Positions 39,596-48,810 of a DNA stretch of 62,137 bases are shown here, piece after piece. The stretch is from an uncultured Prevotella sp. (GTDB lineage: Bacteria; Bacteroidota; Bacteroidia; Bacteroidales; Bacteroidaceae): positions 1 through 62,137 of the forward strand of contig CAAGGA010000125.1 in NCBI GenBank assembly GCA_900769275.1, written 5' to 3'. Positions within the stretch are counted from its first letter, which is position 1, and each line of letters starts with the position of its first letter. The notes below the pieces were generated by a model, which saw only the letters and a list, made by a program, of their open reading frames with translations, was not told where the DNA came from and ran no database searches. The translations under genes were made by a program, and so were the position numbers.

Positions 39596-40133
39596 AAAAA
39601 CTGAGACCGACATAGACATCATGGCCCAGCTCAAGGCAGAAATTGACATGGCAGAGATGCACAAGCAAGAGTGCATGGACAAAATGCAGGAGATTTGCGA
39701 GAAAGAATACTCCGAGCAGTGGAAAAACCTTCAGACCATTCCGGGCGTGAAGATGAGAGCCGCCACTTCATTAATCGCAGAGATTGGCACAGACATGAGC
39801 CATTTCGAGACAGCAAACCACCTTTCGTCATGGGCGGGACTGAAACCACGCAACGACCAGTCAAACAAGACCATCAAGTCACGGCGCATTACACATGGGA
39901 ATCGCTTCCTGAGACGGACAATCATCCAGTGCGCATGGGGCGCAAGCCGAACAAAGGACTGCTTCTTCAGCCGTTTCTCATACCATCAAACACAAGTCAG
40001 AAAGAAGAACAAGATGAAAGTAATCGTAGCCATATCACGCAAAATGCTCGTCAGCGTCTGGCACATCCTTAAGGAAAAAGTTCTCTATAAGGACTTTGAC
40101 AACATGATTTTGACACCCGACACAAAAGGGTGA
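39596..40133 (+). pseudogene. IS110-family recombinase/transposase, C-terminal half only (N-terminal DEDD RuvC-like domain missing)
   Basis: Motifs LQTIPGV...IAEIG.DMSHF...LSSWAGLKPRNDQS...GNRFLR...IVAISRK; upstream in-frame sequence is repeat DNA. Confidence 0.85.
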
Positions 40134-40272
40134 CAAGATATACCAGCCGTGCCAAGGCTACTACCTTTGTGGTGGTGACACCCCGTAATCGCAAATTAAC
40201 CAACGGAACGGCTGGAGATGGAATTCAGTCTGAGTAAAACTCGAAGAGGAAAGTATCTTATTATTTCACAGG
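40134..40272 (+). mobile_element. IS110 right non-coding end, candidate bridge-RNA region
   Basis: Nested stems ccagccgt/acggctgg, gctactac/gtggtggt, gagt/actc and aagata/tatctt; right boundary inferred. Confidence 0.45.
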
Positions 40273-40462
40273 CCATGTAAAGGACTGTGATGCTTACTCT
40301 TGTGCCATAACTGCGTATTTTGCATGAATTAGTCACTTCTGCAAGGATAGTGTAATAGGTTTTATAGAGGAAAGGTATTATATTTTTGGTTAGTGTTGAC
40401 CTGTTGTCAATGTTATGTCATGACAAGTTTGTCGTCAAGAAGAAGTGTTTTATTATCTTCTG

Positions 40463-40539
40463 GCTGCAAATATACCAATATTCTCTGAAAAAACCTATCT
40501 GACACTATGCAAAATTGTCTTTTCTCTCTAAAAAATACA
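40463..40539 (-). promoter_or_regulatory. ~75-bp promoter repeat R1
   Basis: TATATTTG -7 element on the minus strand; aligns with R2 and R3; abuts the YhcG stop codon. Confidence 0.7.
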
Positions 40540-41712
40540 CTATCCACCATTTTGCAGCCTAAAGAACTCCTTTTGTTGTTCTATCTCCCTGCGCAGTTCT
40601 TCCTGCGTTGGCATATAGGTGAGATACTTGGCTGCAAAGAGCTGGTCGTTGTTGTTCAATACGGAATAGTGTGCCACATCTTCATCTGTGTCGGCACAGA
40701 GCAGGATGCCGATGGTGGGGTTGTGACCATCTGGACGTACAAGTTCATCGTACATTTTGACATACATATCCATTTGCCCCACATCCTGATAACTCAGTTT
40801 GTTTGTCTTCAAGTCAATGAGGACGAAACAGCGGAGGTGATAGTTGTAGAACACAAGATCAATGTAATAATCCTCCTTCTCTGTATGGATATGTTTTTGT
40901 CTGTCCACAAACGCAAAGCCTTTGCCCAGTTCCATCAAGAAAGGAATGAGGTGGTCGATGATGCTTTGCTCCAGATTACTTTCTGTATAATCTGTATTGT
41001 TCTTGAATCCCAGAAACTCTGCTATTACTGGATTCTTCAGGTATTCAAGTTTATCCTGGAGCGGCTGGGTGAGTGCTTTCATCTCGTCACGAACCAGTGC
41101 CTTATCCTGAGATTTCAAGAGACGATGATAGTACTGTGATGAGACATTGCGCTGCAACGTGCGTGTGCTCCACGTCTCCCGTGCAGCTTCGCTCTCATAC
41201 CAAGCACGGGCATCAGCATTGGCTTCTTGCAGGATAATGCTGTAATGCGTCCACGACAAGCGTATTGGATGGGCTGATTTCAGATGGCTGTATATGTCTT
41301 GCCCGTCAGAAAATCCCATCGGTGATGGAACTATTTCAGATTGTCCCGTCAGTGATGGGACAATTCCTGTTTCTCCAATCGCCATATTGAAAATATCAGG
41401 AAAAGACTTGAAGAAAGATATGAAACGATAAAGATTGTTTCGTGAAAAGCCGTTTCCATATTTTGTTGTCAACTCTTTCGAAAGGGTATTAATCACCTGC
41501 TCTCCATATTCAGCCCGACGCTCTTTAAGAATTTCATGCTGAATACGCATACCAAGCAACCAATTTCGCTTAATCAGCGTTTCGTTGATTGAGCGGTATG
41601 CCGCACTTTGGGCCTGCTCAATGATAGAGCAGGAATCCAAGAATAGTTGTTTCTCTAGTGGTTCAGCCTTATCAGTCCTTTCTATGATATCATAATGTTC
41701 CATTAGTGTCAT
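40540..41712 (-). CDS. YhcG/DUF1016 family PD-(D/E)XK nuclease-domain protein
   Basis: Motifs RAEYG, LSWTHY, WSTRTLQR, FLMELGKGFAFV, IDLVFYN...LIDLK and GQMDMY; start 41712 or 41703. Confidence 0.9.
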   Translation of the reverse strand: MTLMEHYDIIERTDKAEPLEKQLFLDSCSIIEQAQSAAYRSINETLIKRNWLLGMRIQHEILKERRAEYGEQVINTLSKELTTKYGNGFSRNNLYRFISFFKSFPDIFNMAIGETGIVPSLTGQSEIVPSPMGFSDGQDIYSHLKSAHPIRLSWTHYSIILQEANADARAWYESEAARETWSTRTLQRNVSSQYYHRLLKSQDKALVRDEMKALTQPLQDKLEYLKNPVIAEFLGFKNNTDYTESNLEQSIIDHLIPFLMELGKGFAFVDRQKHIHTEKEDYYIDLVFYNYHLRCFVLIDLKTNKLSYQDVGQMDMYVKMYDELVRPDGHNPTIGILLCADTDEDVAHYSVLNNNDQLFAAKYLTYMPTQEELRREIEQQKEFFRLQNGG

Positions 41713-41726
41713 TTTATGTATGTCAG

Positions 41727-41798
41727 TTTGCAAATATACAAATAATCTCCGACAAAACTTGTCTGACTATCGAAAAAACTCTTTTTATCACAATTAAC
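41727..41798 (-). promoter_or_regulatory. ~75-bp promoter repeat R2
   Basis: tgcaaatatacaaataatctccgacaaaacttgtctgac; directly upstream of the YhcG gene. Confidence 0.7.
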
Positions 41799-41845
41799 TG
41801 TTCGAAATAGTTCTTAACCATCAAGAAGCCTATTTGCAAATAGCC

Positions 41846-42282
41846 CTATTGCAACAATGTTCCTCCATGAACGTCCTCCAGCACTTTCATTTGCTGGATG
41901 GCAATCTGGTTAAGTTTTATCAGTCCACTCGCCCTGTGGCAGCTCTTGATCGATAAATACGGCATGCAGTTTTATATCTGCCGGCCTTTGAAATGATACC
42001 AATAGCGTTAGTGGCATTGATCCATTTCTGCGGAGACATGGTAAAGGCATTTAACCCTGCTTCTTTTCTAAACCCCTCGAATTCGAGGTGATTAAAACTT
42101 GGATTATACAGACTCTCCCAAATTCCCAAATACTCTATGGTATTTCTGTTTCGCATCCAATTAGCTACAGTGGTCGTCGGATCATCACTTTTATATTTTG
42201 CGTTGTCCGTTAGGGATATATAGTCATTCTCGTTATGAGAAATGACCGTCACTTGTGTATCTTACACTTTTATCTTTGCCAT
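41846..42282 (-). pseudogene. KilA-N domain protein pseudogene
   Basis: MAKIKV*DTQVTVI..DYISLTD..NWMRNRNTIEYLGIWE..SKAGRY, then apparent internal deletion/frameshifts to LIKLNQIAIQQMKVL..LLQ*. Confidence 0.8.
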
Positions 42283-42315
42283 TCCGATTTAGATATTATA
42301 GTTATTCCGGTATCT

Positions 42316-42390
42316 GCTGCAAATATACAAATATTCTCTGACAAAAAATGTCAGACCATAGAAAATATCTCTTTTTCCACTAAAAAAAAC
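42316..42390 (-). promoter_or_regulatory. ~75-bp promoter repeat R3
   Basis: TATATTTG plus perfect palindrome tctgaca-aaaaa-tgtcaga; upstream of the KilA-N pseudogene. Confidence 0.7.
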
Positions 42391-42408
42391 TCTCTCTCCG
42401 TCGTTTTC

Positions 42409-42843
42409 CTCTAAGAGATAGTAATTTCCTTATCCCGACTGGCTTATAATTCGGGAATTTTATGTATTTTTGCAATGCAATTACAATCATACGGTTGTGA
42501 GGTTATACGGTTGTGCGGAAGTTACAATCAGCCTTGATAAATCTCCGTAAAAGCGAAGCAACCTTAAAACCTTATAACCTCACAACCTTAAAACCTCACA
42601 ACTATGAAATCATTATTGATAAAAGACACTACGGTTTCGGAAAGAGCCCAAATCGTTAGTGAAGCATTAGGAGCAGACAGCGACTGCGAGGGCGTTGATT
42701 TCTCAGATATGTATGATGATTATATTTATGGTCTGAAGGAACTTGCTGAGATAAACAGAGAGTTCAGCGAGAAACATGCCGGAGATGTTGTCGCCGGTGA
42801 GGCAATCAAGCCGTCAGGCTGCGCTCTTCGCTGACTATGAGAA
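42409..42843 (+). repeat. Right arm of the ~440-bp inverted repeat (includes copy 3 of the 8-bp-arm element, core 42517-42546)
   Basis: Reverse-complement match to 39154-39595. Confidence 0.9.
42604..42834 (+). CDS. 76-aa hypothetical protein, copy 2
   Basis: Paralog of 39163-39393; TATTTTTG promoter at 42465-42472. Confidence 0.8.
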   Translation: MKSLLIKDTTVSERAQIVSEALGADSDCEGVDFSDMYDDYIYGLKELAEINREFSEKHAGDVVAGEAIKPSGCALR

Positions 42844-42880
42844 AAGCCGAAACGTCATACCCCACAGAATGGCTGTCAGC

Positions 42881-42917
42881 AAAAAAAAAGCCGTCAAGGT
42901 ATATCCCCTGACGGCTT
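42881..42917 (-). terminator. Intrinsic terminator of tRNA-Ala
   Basis: aagccgtca...tgacggctt stem followed by T9 on the minus strand. Confidence 0.85.
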
Positions 42918-42928
42918 CGCTGTATGTG

Positions 42929-43002
<74 letters not shown>

Positions 43003-43165
43003 GGCTGATTTTCTTTTGCAAAATTACGTATTTTTTTCTTTATATACAAGAGAAAAACGTAAAAATATCTGCTAAAACTGGGTTTTTCGGCAGATTTATG
43101 TCATTTGTCTTTATTTCTTTGGAAAAAAAATATATCTTTGCATGATGAAGAATGATTGTTTTGCC

Positions 43166-44428
43166 ATGTCTAAGTATCTCGTATTGTTTTTATTGTGCGT
43201 GTTCTCTGTTACTGACTGCCTTGCGCAGATGCAGGAAATAAAGAGTAAGTCCGTTGCCTCGCTGCAGGTGGTGGCGGGGAATGAGTGGCTGAAAATTCCT
43301 TGTATTTTGCTTGGAGGGGACAGGAAAGTGAATATTTCCTTTGACCATCTCAGCCATGATGCCCGCAGATATACCTATACTGTCACGCATTGTGAGCCGG
43401 ACTGGAGTGATTCTGACGGATTGCTAACAAGTGACTATATCTCGGGGTTTCAGACGGGACTTTATATAGAGGATTACAAGACTTCGGTAAACACGAATCA
43501 GCTATATACCCATTACAGCCTGACTATCCCCAATGCAGACTGCAGGATAAGGACAAGCGGGAACTATAGGGTGGACATTATAGATGAGGAGGATGACGAT
43601 ACGGTGGCAAGTGTGCGGTTTATGGTTTACGAAAACCTTGTTGCCGTGGCAAAGGAGATAAAGGACAATACGGACATTGACTATCAACGTTCTCATCAGC
43701 AACTCGAATTGAGGGTGCAGTATCCCCTGTCAATCAATTGTATCAGTCCGAGGGAGCAGTTCAAGGTTGCGGTGATGCAGAACGGCAGGACAGACAATAT
43801 GGTATGGTGTCCGCCGGCACCGCAGCTGTTGGCTAATGCCCTTGTCTGGAAACATACTCCGGAACTTATTTTTCCGGCTGGCAACGAGTATCATAACTTC
43901 GAGATTCTCGATGTGGATCTGAACTCTTTTGGTGTCGAGAGCATAGACTGGGACGGAGAGTGGTATCATGTACATCTGTATCATGATTATCCCCGGCGTG
44001 CGTATGTATTTGAGAACGATGCCAATGGGGCTTTCCTGCTGCGTAATTCTGACAATTACGAGAGTGAGACCACGTCTGAATATGTCAGGGTGCATTTCTA
44101 TTATGATTCGCCCGAGCGTCTTCCCGGCGATGTGTATCTTTCCGGACGGTGGGCTACTGATGGGGACAGGCAGACGTATCTGATGGCTTATGATGAGGAG
44201 AGCGGATGCTACCAGGCAGAGATAACGATGAAATACGGTTACTATTCCTACCAGTATCTCCTGCTGCCGGACGGTGAAGAGGAGAATGTCGGTGTGGGAA
44301 AGCAGCCGTATTCCAAGACTTTTATGACAGAGGGTGATTTCTATCAGACTGAGAATGATTATCTCGTCCTTGCGTATTACAGGACACCTGCCGACCGCAC
44401 GTGGAGGTTGGTGGGGATAGGGGAGTGA
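43166..44428 (+). CDS. DUF5103-like secreted protein (type IX secretion plug-like)
   Basis: Signal peptide; motifs YTHYSLTIPN, SGNY, FPAGNEY and EGDFYQTENDY. Confidence 0.7.
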   Translation: MSKYLVLFLLCVFSVTDCLAQMQEIKSKSVASLQVVAGNEWLKIPCILLGGDRKVNISFDHLSHDARRYTYTVTHCEPDWSDSDGLLTSDYISGFQTGLYIEDYKTSVNTNQLYTHYSLTIPNADCRIRTSGNYRVDIIDEEDDDTVASVRFMVYENLVAVAKEIKDNTDIDYQRSHQQLELRVQYPLSINCISPREQFKVAVMQNGRTDNMVWCPPAPQLLANALVWKHTPELIFPAGNEYHNFEILDVDLNSFGVESIDWDGEWYHVHLYHDYPRRAYVFENDANGAFLLRNSDNYESETTSEYVRVHFYYDSPERLPGDVYLSGRWATDGDRQTYLMAYDEESGCYQAEITMKYGYYSYQYLLLPDGEEENVGVGKQPYSKTFMTEGDFYQTENDYLVLAYYRTPADRTWRLVGIGE

Positions 44429-44484
44429 TTGCCGGCAACCGCCTTAGGTAAGCGGTGCAAGGATAAAAGAAGCAGCATACCTGT

Positions 44485-45198
44485 TCATGACTGATACAAC
44501 AGGTTTTCCAGCAGTTCAATCTTGGATTTCTGCAATGATTTTTTCTCCATCAGCAGGGTTGCGGAGGCAAGGGAATGCACGTCTGTGCCGGAATAGGTAT
44601 AGAAGCCTTCTTCGAGAAGTCCGGAGGCCTTGCTTTGCGCTGCCGGACCGTAGGCTCCGATGAGTGACATTATGTTCAGCTGAAATCGGATTCCTTGGGA
44701 GTGAAGCGTCTGGTAGTCATTCCAGTTCATGTACCGGTATCTTTCGGGATGGGCGAGGACGGGGATGAATCCGGCTTCTTTCATATCCTGAAGAATGTTA
44801 TGGAATCCGTAGGGTGCCTGCACGTACGAGGTTTCTACAAGTATCTGCTTCCCGCTCTTGTCATAGGTCAGGATGTCTCCTTTGCCAAGCCTGTCGATGA
44901 AGAGTGTGTCCAGCATGTATTCTGCTGCAAGATGCAGTCTTATCTTGCCTTTGTAGTTCCGGCATAATGTGTCATAGCCTTTCCTCAGATTGTCCGAGGT
45001 GTTGGGGATGTCCTCCATGATGTGAGGTGTCAGCCACACTTCTTCCATTCCCAGTGACTCATAATATTCAAGCACGGCAACAGCCTCCTCCATTGTCTTG
45101 ATGCCGTCATCGACACCTGGGAGGATATGGCTGTGCCAGTCCGTGAAGCCTTCAAGAAGACCGGAAGTCTTGTATGATTTCTTGAAACTGAAGAACAT
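44485..45198 (-). CDS. CpsB/YwqE-type (PHP) tyrosine-protein phosphatase
   Basis: Motifs DWHSHILPGVDDG, TPH, LAHPERY and GTDVH. Confidence 0.9.
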   Translation of the reverse strand: MFFSFKKSYKTSGLLEGFTDWHSHILPGVDDGIKTMEEAVAVLEYYESLGMEEVWLTPHIMEDIPNTSDNLRKGYDTLCRNYKGKIRLHLAAEYMLDTLFIDRLGKGDILTYDKSGKQILVETSYVQAPYGFHNILQDMKEAGFIPVLAHPERYRYMNWNDYQTLHSQGIRFQLNIMSLIGAYGPAAQSKASGLLEEGFYTYSGTDVHSLASATLLMEKKSLQKSKIELLENLLYQS

Positions 45199-45263
45199 TT
45201 TCTGTTCGCTGTTGCTGTGCTGCTTACGTTTGTATATAGGTGGGAAGTGACAGAGCCCCTCCT

Positions 45264-47765
45264 TTACTTGCTGTAACCCTCATCGTAGCTGTTGCCGTAG
45301 CCATAGCCGCCATAGCCGTAGCCATAGCCGTAGCCATAGCGATAGCCGTAACGACGGTATCCGTAACGGGAATTGGCAGTGAGGGTGCCGTTGAGGATAA
45401 TGCCCATATTGTTGAATTTGTGGTTGCGGTAATAATCCTCTATGGACGGCAGGAATTCTATTTCCATTATTCCGACGCGTATTACGAAGAGCGTCACGTC
45501 GCAGTATCTTGCAAGGATGCTGGTGTCGGCTACTATCTCTACTGGCGGGCAGTCGAAGAATACGTAGTCGAACTCCTTACGTATCTCGGCTATCATCTCT
45601 CCGAACCTGTCGTAGGATATTATTTCTGCTGGGTTAGGAGGCAGCGTACCTACTGGCAGGATATACAGATGTTCTGCATCGGATGCCTGAACGAGGAGGC
45701 TGCGCCAGTCGGACACTGATCCGTTGATATAGTCGGAGACACCCTGCTCGGGCTGGTCCACGTACTTTGAGAGGGAACGGCGGCGGAGGTCAAGGTCAAT
45801 GGCGCATACTTTCTTGGCTTTGAGCGACATGCACTTTGCGAGGTTGTACGTGATGAATGTCTTGCCGCTGTGTGGGTTGGCGGAGGTCGTCATGATGACT
45901 TTCATCTCCGGGTTGTTGCCCAGCATGAACTCAAGGTTGGTACGAAGTACGCGGTATGCCTCGTTGACTACGTTTCTGTTGCCTTGCTCGACGACGACTC
46001 TTCCTATGTAGTTTTCTTTCTCGTCGTTGCTGCGGTGATGTCTGTGCCTTGCCTTTTTCTTCTTTCTGAATATGCTTGAAAGGAATTGCTTTATCTTTGA
46101 CACTTTTTCTTCGTCGGGGAACTCTACGTTAGGCAGTTCTCCTACGAATGGTATCGTAAGATGTTCGATATCCCTGCGTCCGCGTACTTTCGAGTTTGCC
46201 CATTCGCGGAGAATAAAGAAGAAGAAGGGGATTGCGAGACCCAGCGCAATGGCGATAATCCATATCTTCTTTACATCGGGGAATGACTGGTATTTGGAAC
46301 CGGTGGAGGGCTGTAGGACGCGGGTGTTGTAGGCGGCAAATGCCTGATTCAGTTCGTTCTGCTCACGTGTCTGCAGGAGGAATGTATATAGTTGGTCCTT
46401 GATTTTGCGGCGTCGTTCGATATCGATGTAGTTTTTCTGCTTGAGAGGCGCTGCATCAATCTCGGCATTGTTGCGTGAGGTGGAGATGTTGAGCACGCCG
46501 AGTTGTGAGTTGAGCGTGCTGATATGGTTTTCGATGGTGGTGAGGATACCGTTGTGCAGCACAGCCATCTGTTTGTCCACATCGCCTACGAGGGGGTTCT
46601 CTTTTGTAGAGGAGGAGATGAGGTTGCTGCGGTTGAGTACCAATGCGTTGTACTGTCCTACCTGTTCGGAGAGTGAACTGTTGTGTACACCTGCCGGCAG
46701 GGGGAGGGTGATGCTGGGGTCGGTAGCCTTTTTGACTACGCCGCGGAAATACATCACGAGTGACAGTTCCTTTGATATTTCGAGGTTCTGGTTGTCGTAC
46801 TCCAGTGAGCGTGACTGATACTTCATTCCTTCGTTCTCGAAGTCGATGGTATGGTTTTCCATCTTGTATCGTGTCATCTCGTTCTCTACCTCGCCCAGTT
46901 CGGACTTGATGGCTTCAAGTCGCTTGTTGATGAACTTGTTGGTTGCTACGATGACCTGATTGCGGTTAGTCACCCATGTCTCGTTGTAGATGGCGATGAG
47001 GGTGTTGAGAATATCGTCGGCTCGCTCTATGTTGACATCGGAGAGGGATATGTCAATGACTGTGGACTCTTCATCGGTGTTGCTGATGGACATTCTGCTG
47101 AGGATTTGTCCTGTCACGGTGTCGTAACCGGTTCTGGTTACCGTGATGGGGTCATCGGAATGGCTTGCAAAGGACGGTGTCTTTTCGATGACGGTAGTGC
47201 CGAGGGGTGACTTGAATTTTTTGCCGAAGCGTGCCTGCAGTCTTGTGGTCTTTCCGTTTTGGTCGGTGAATTTCAGTGTGGCGCGTTCGTTGTCATTGAT
47301 TGTTACGGTGAACTGCACGTTGGTGTTATTTCCGATGCCGTTTACCGTGACCTTGATGGGAAGACTTGAGCCGTAGAGTACGGTGTTGCGGAGGCGTCCC
47401 CGTATCTCGTACTGGAAGTCGAGATTGAGTCTTTCCACTACCTTTCTCATAAGGGCAGGTTTCTGAAAGGCGATGATTTCGTTTTTCAGGGAGGAGTTTC
47501 TCTGACGTATTCCGCCTCCGCTCATTCTCGTGAAGACGTCATCCACGGCTTTGCTGCTGGCATCTTCCTTGATGACGATGGACGTGTTTCGGGTGAAGAC
47601 GGGAGGGGTCATGCGGAGGTATATGACAGCACATGCGCATGAGAGGCAGAGGCATATTACGAACCAATACCAGTTGCTGACGCATAGTCCGATGACGTCG
47701 GTGACATTCAGCGAGTTGCTTGACTCCTGCTCCTGTATCTTGGAGTTTGTGGGATTTGTGCTCAT
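45264..47765 (-). CDS. wzc: Wzc-type polysaccharide co-polymerase / tyrosine autokinase
   Basis: Two TM segments; motifs EAYRVLRTNL, Walker A PHSGKT, DLDLRR and DCPP; C-terminal YGYG cluster. Confidence 0.9.
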   Translation of the reverse strand: MSTNPTNSKIQEQESSNSLNVTDVIGLCVSNWYWFVICLCLSCACAVIYLRMTPPVFTRNTSIVIKEDASSKAVDDVFTRMSGGGIRQRNSSLKNEIIAFQKPALMRKVVERLNLDFQYEIRGRLRNTVLYGSSLPIKVTVNGIGNNTNVQFTVTINDNERATLKFTDQNGKTTRLQARFGKKFKSPLGTTVIEKTPSFASHSDDPITVTRTGYDTVTGQILSRMSISNTDEESTVIDISLSDVNIERADDILNTLIAIYNETWVTNRNQVIVATNKFINKRLEAIKSELGEVENEMTRYKMENHTIDFENEGMKYQSRSLEYDNQNLEISKELSLVMYFRGVVKKATDPSITLPLPAGVHNSSLSEQVGQYNALVLNRSNLISSSTKENPLVGDVDKQMAVLHNGILTTIENHISTLNSQLGVLNISTSRNNAEIDAAPLKQKNYIDIERRRKIKDQLYTFLLQTREQNELNQAFAAYNTRVLQPSTGSKYQSFPDVKKIWIIAIALGLAIPFFFFILREWANSKVRGRRDIEHLTIPFVGELPNVEFPDEEKVSKIKQFLSSIFRKKKKARHRHHRSNDEKENYIGRVVVEQGNRNVVNEAYRVLRTNLEFMLGNNPEMKVIMTTSANPHSGKTFITYNLAKCMSLKAKKVCAIDLDLRRRSLSKYVDQPEQGVSDYINGSVSDWRSLLVQASDAEHLYILPVGTLPPNPAEIISYDRFGEMIAEIRKEFDYVFFDCPPVEIVADTSILARYCDVTLFVIRVGIMEIEFLPSIEDYYRNHKFNNMGIILNGTLTANSRYGYRRYGYRYGYGYGYGYGGYGYGNSYDEGYSK

Positions 47766-47774
47766 GGGTTATTG

Positions 47775-48545
47775 TTATTTGACTATGTTGATGATTGAGA
47801 TTACGCTTGTACCGATGATTCCAGTCCAGAAGCCCCATGTGTTGAAGAGGTTGCCGTTGTTGGTGGAGGCTCTCTTTGTCTTGTTGTTAGGCTCGATATA
47901 TACGATGTCGTTCTGGTGCACGTAATATACGGGAGACTCATATACGTTTTTCATTTTCGTAAGGTCGAGTTCATACTGCGTGCGCAGTCCGTCTTCCTCT
48001 CTTATGACCAGTATGTTCTGGCGTTTTGCGTTGATGCTGAGGTCTCCGGATTCAGCGAGAAGTTCCCAAAAGGTGAATTTGTCTTTTTCGATGTTGATTT
48101 TCTTTCCGCCTCCTTCTCCGAGGATATAGACGTAGAGTCCTGTATAGTTGACGGTCACTATGGCGTCATCGACGAGTTTTGAGGTTCTCAGCGCGTTCGT
48201 GATGTGTTCTGTTATTTCCTGTCGGTTCATGCCTGCTACCTTTATCTTTCCGAGTACGGGGAAGTCTATCTGCCCGTTGTCATCCACGACGTAGCCGATG
48301 TTGTTGCCAGATGATGAGCCGGATGATGCTCCGTTGCCGTTGATGTTGAACTGCTCTGTAAGCTGCTGGTTTCTTGATTTCACCATTATTGAGATACGGT
48401 CGCCCGGTCGCACCTTGAATGGGATGGAATTGACCATGACTTCTTCCGAGAGTCCCGGGTTGCGGTCTTGGAAGTAGGCGATGTTCTTTGGTGTACATGA
48501 TGCCAGGGCAACGATAAATAGCAATGGTAGAAGGAACTTCTTCAT
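47775..48545 (-). CDS. wza: Wza-type polysaccharide export lipoprotein
   Basis: Lipobox LASC; motifs GDRISI, VDDNGQIDFPVLG and QNDIVYIEPN. Confidence 0.88.
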   Translation of the reverse strand: MKKFLLPLLFIVALASCTPKNIAYFQDRNPGLSEEVMVNSIPFKVRPGDRISIMVKSRNQQLTEQFNINGNGASSGSSSGNNIGYVVDDNGQIDFPVLGKIKVAGMNRQEITEHITNALRTSKLVDDAIVTVNYTGLYVYILGEGGGKKINIEKDKFTFWELLAESGDLSINAKRQNILVIREEDGLRTQYELDLTKMKNVYESPVYYVHQNDIVYIEPNNKTKRASTNNGNLFNTWGFWTGIIGTSVISIINIVK

Positions 48546-48716
48546 GATGTCGTATTCTTTTATTTGTGGTATAATTTGCTTGTTTTTTTGGAATATCCGT
48601 GCAAAGTTACTAATAAATTTTGAAACCAGATTTATTATTACGGATTATTCTTTTGTCTGCCTGAAAAATAATACTTTTGTCCTTGAGATTGAGGGAATGT
48701 TTTCCTCTTTTTGTCC

Positions 48717-48810
48717 TAATCTTTCTAATACTTAAAATCTTTCTAATCTTTCTAATACTTAAAATCTTTCTAATCTTTCTAATACTTAAAATCTTTCTAA
48801 TCTTTCTAAT
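48717..48810. repeat. Tandem repeat, 27-bp unit made of 9-mers, about 3.5 copies
   Basis: (taatctttc taatactta aaatctttc)n; contains the AraC stop codon. Confidence 0.9.

Noticed and set aside
48546..48716. Invertible capsule promoter upstream of wza
   Set aside because: No flanking inverted repeats or recombinase seen
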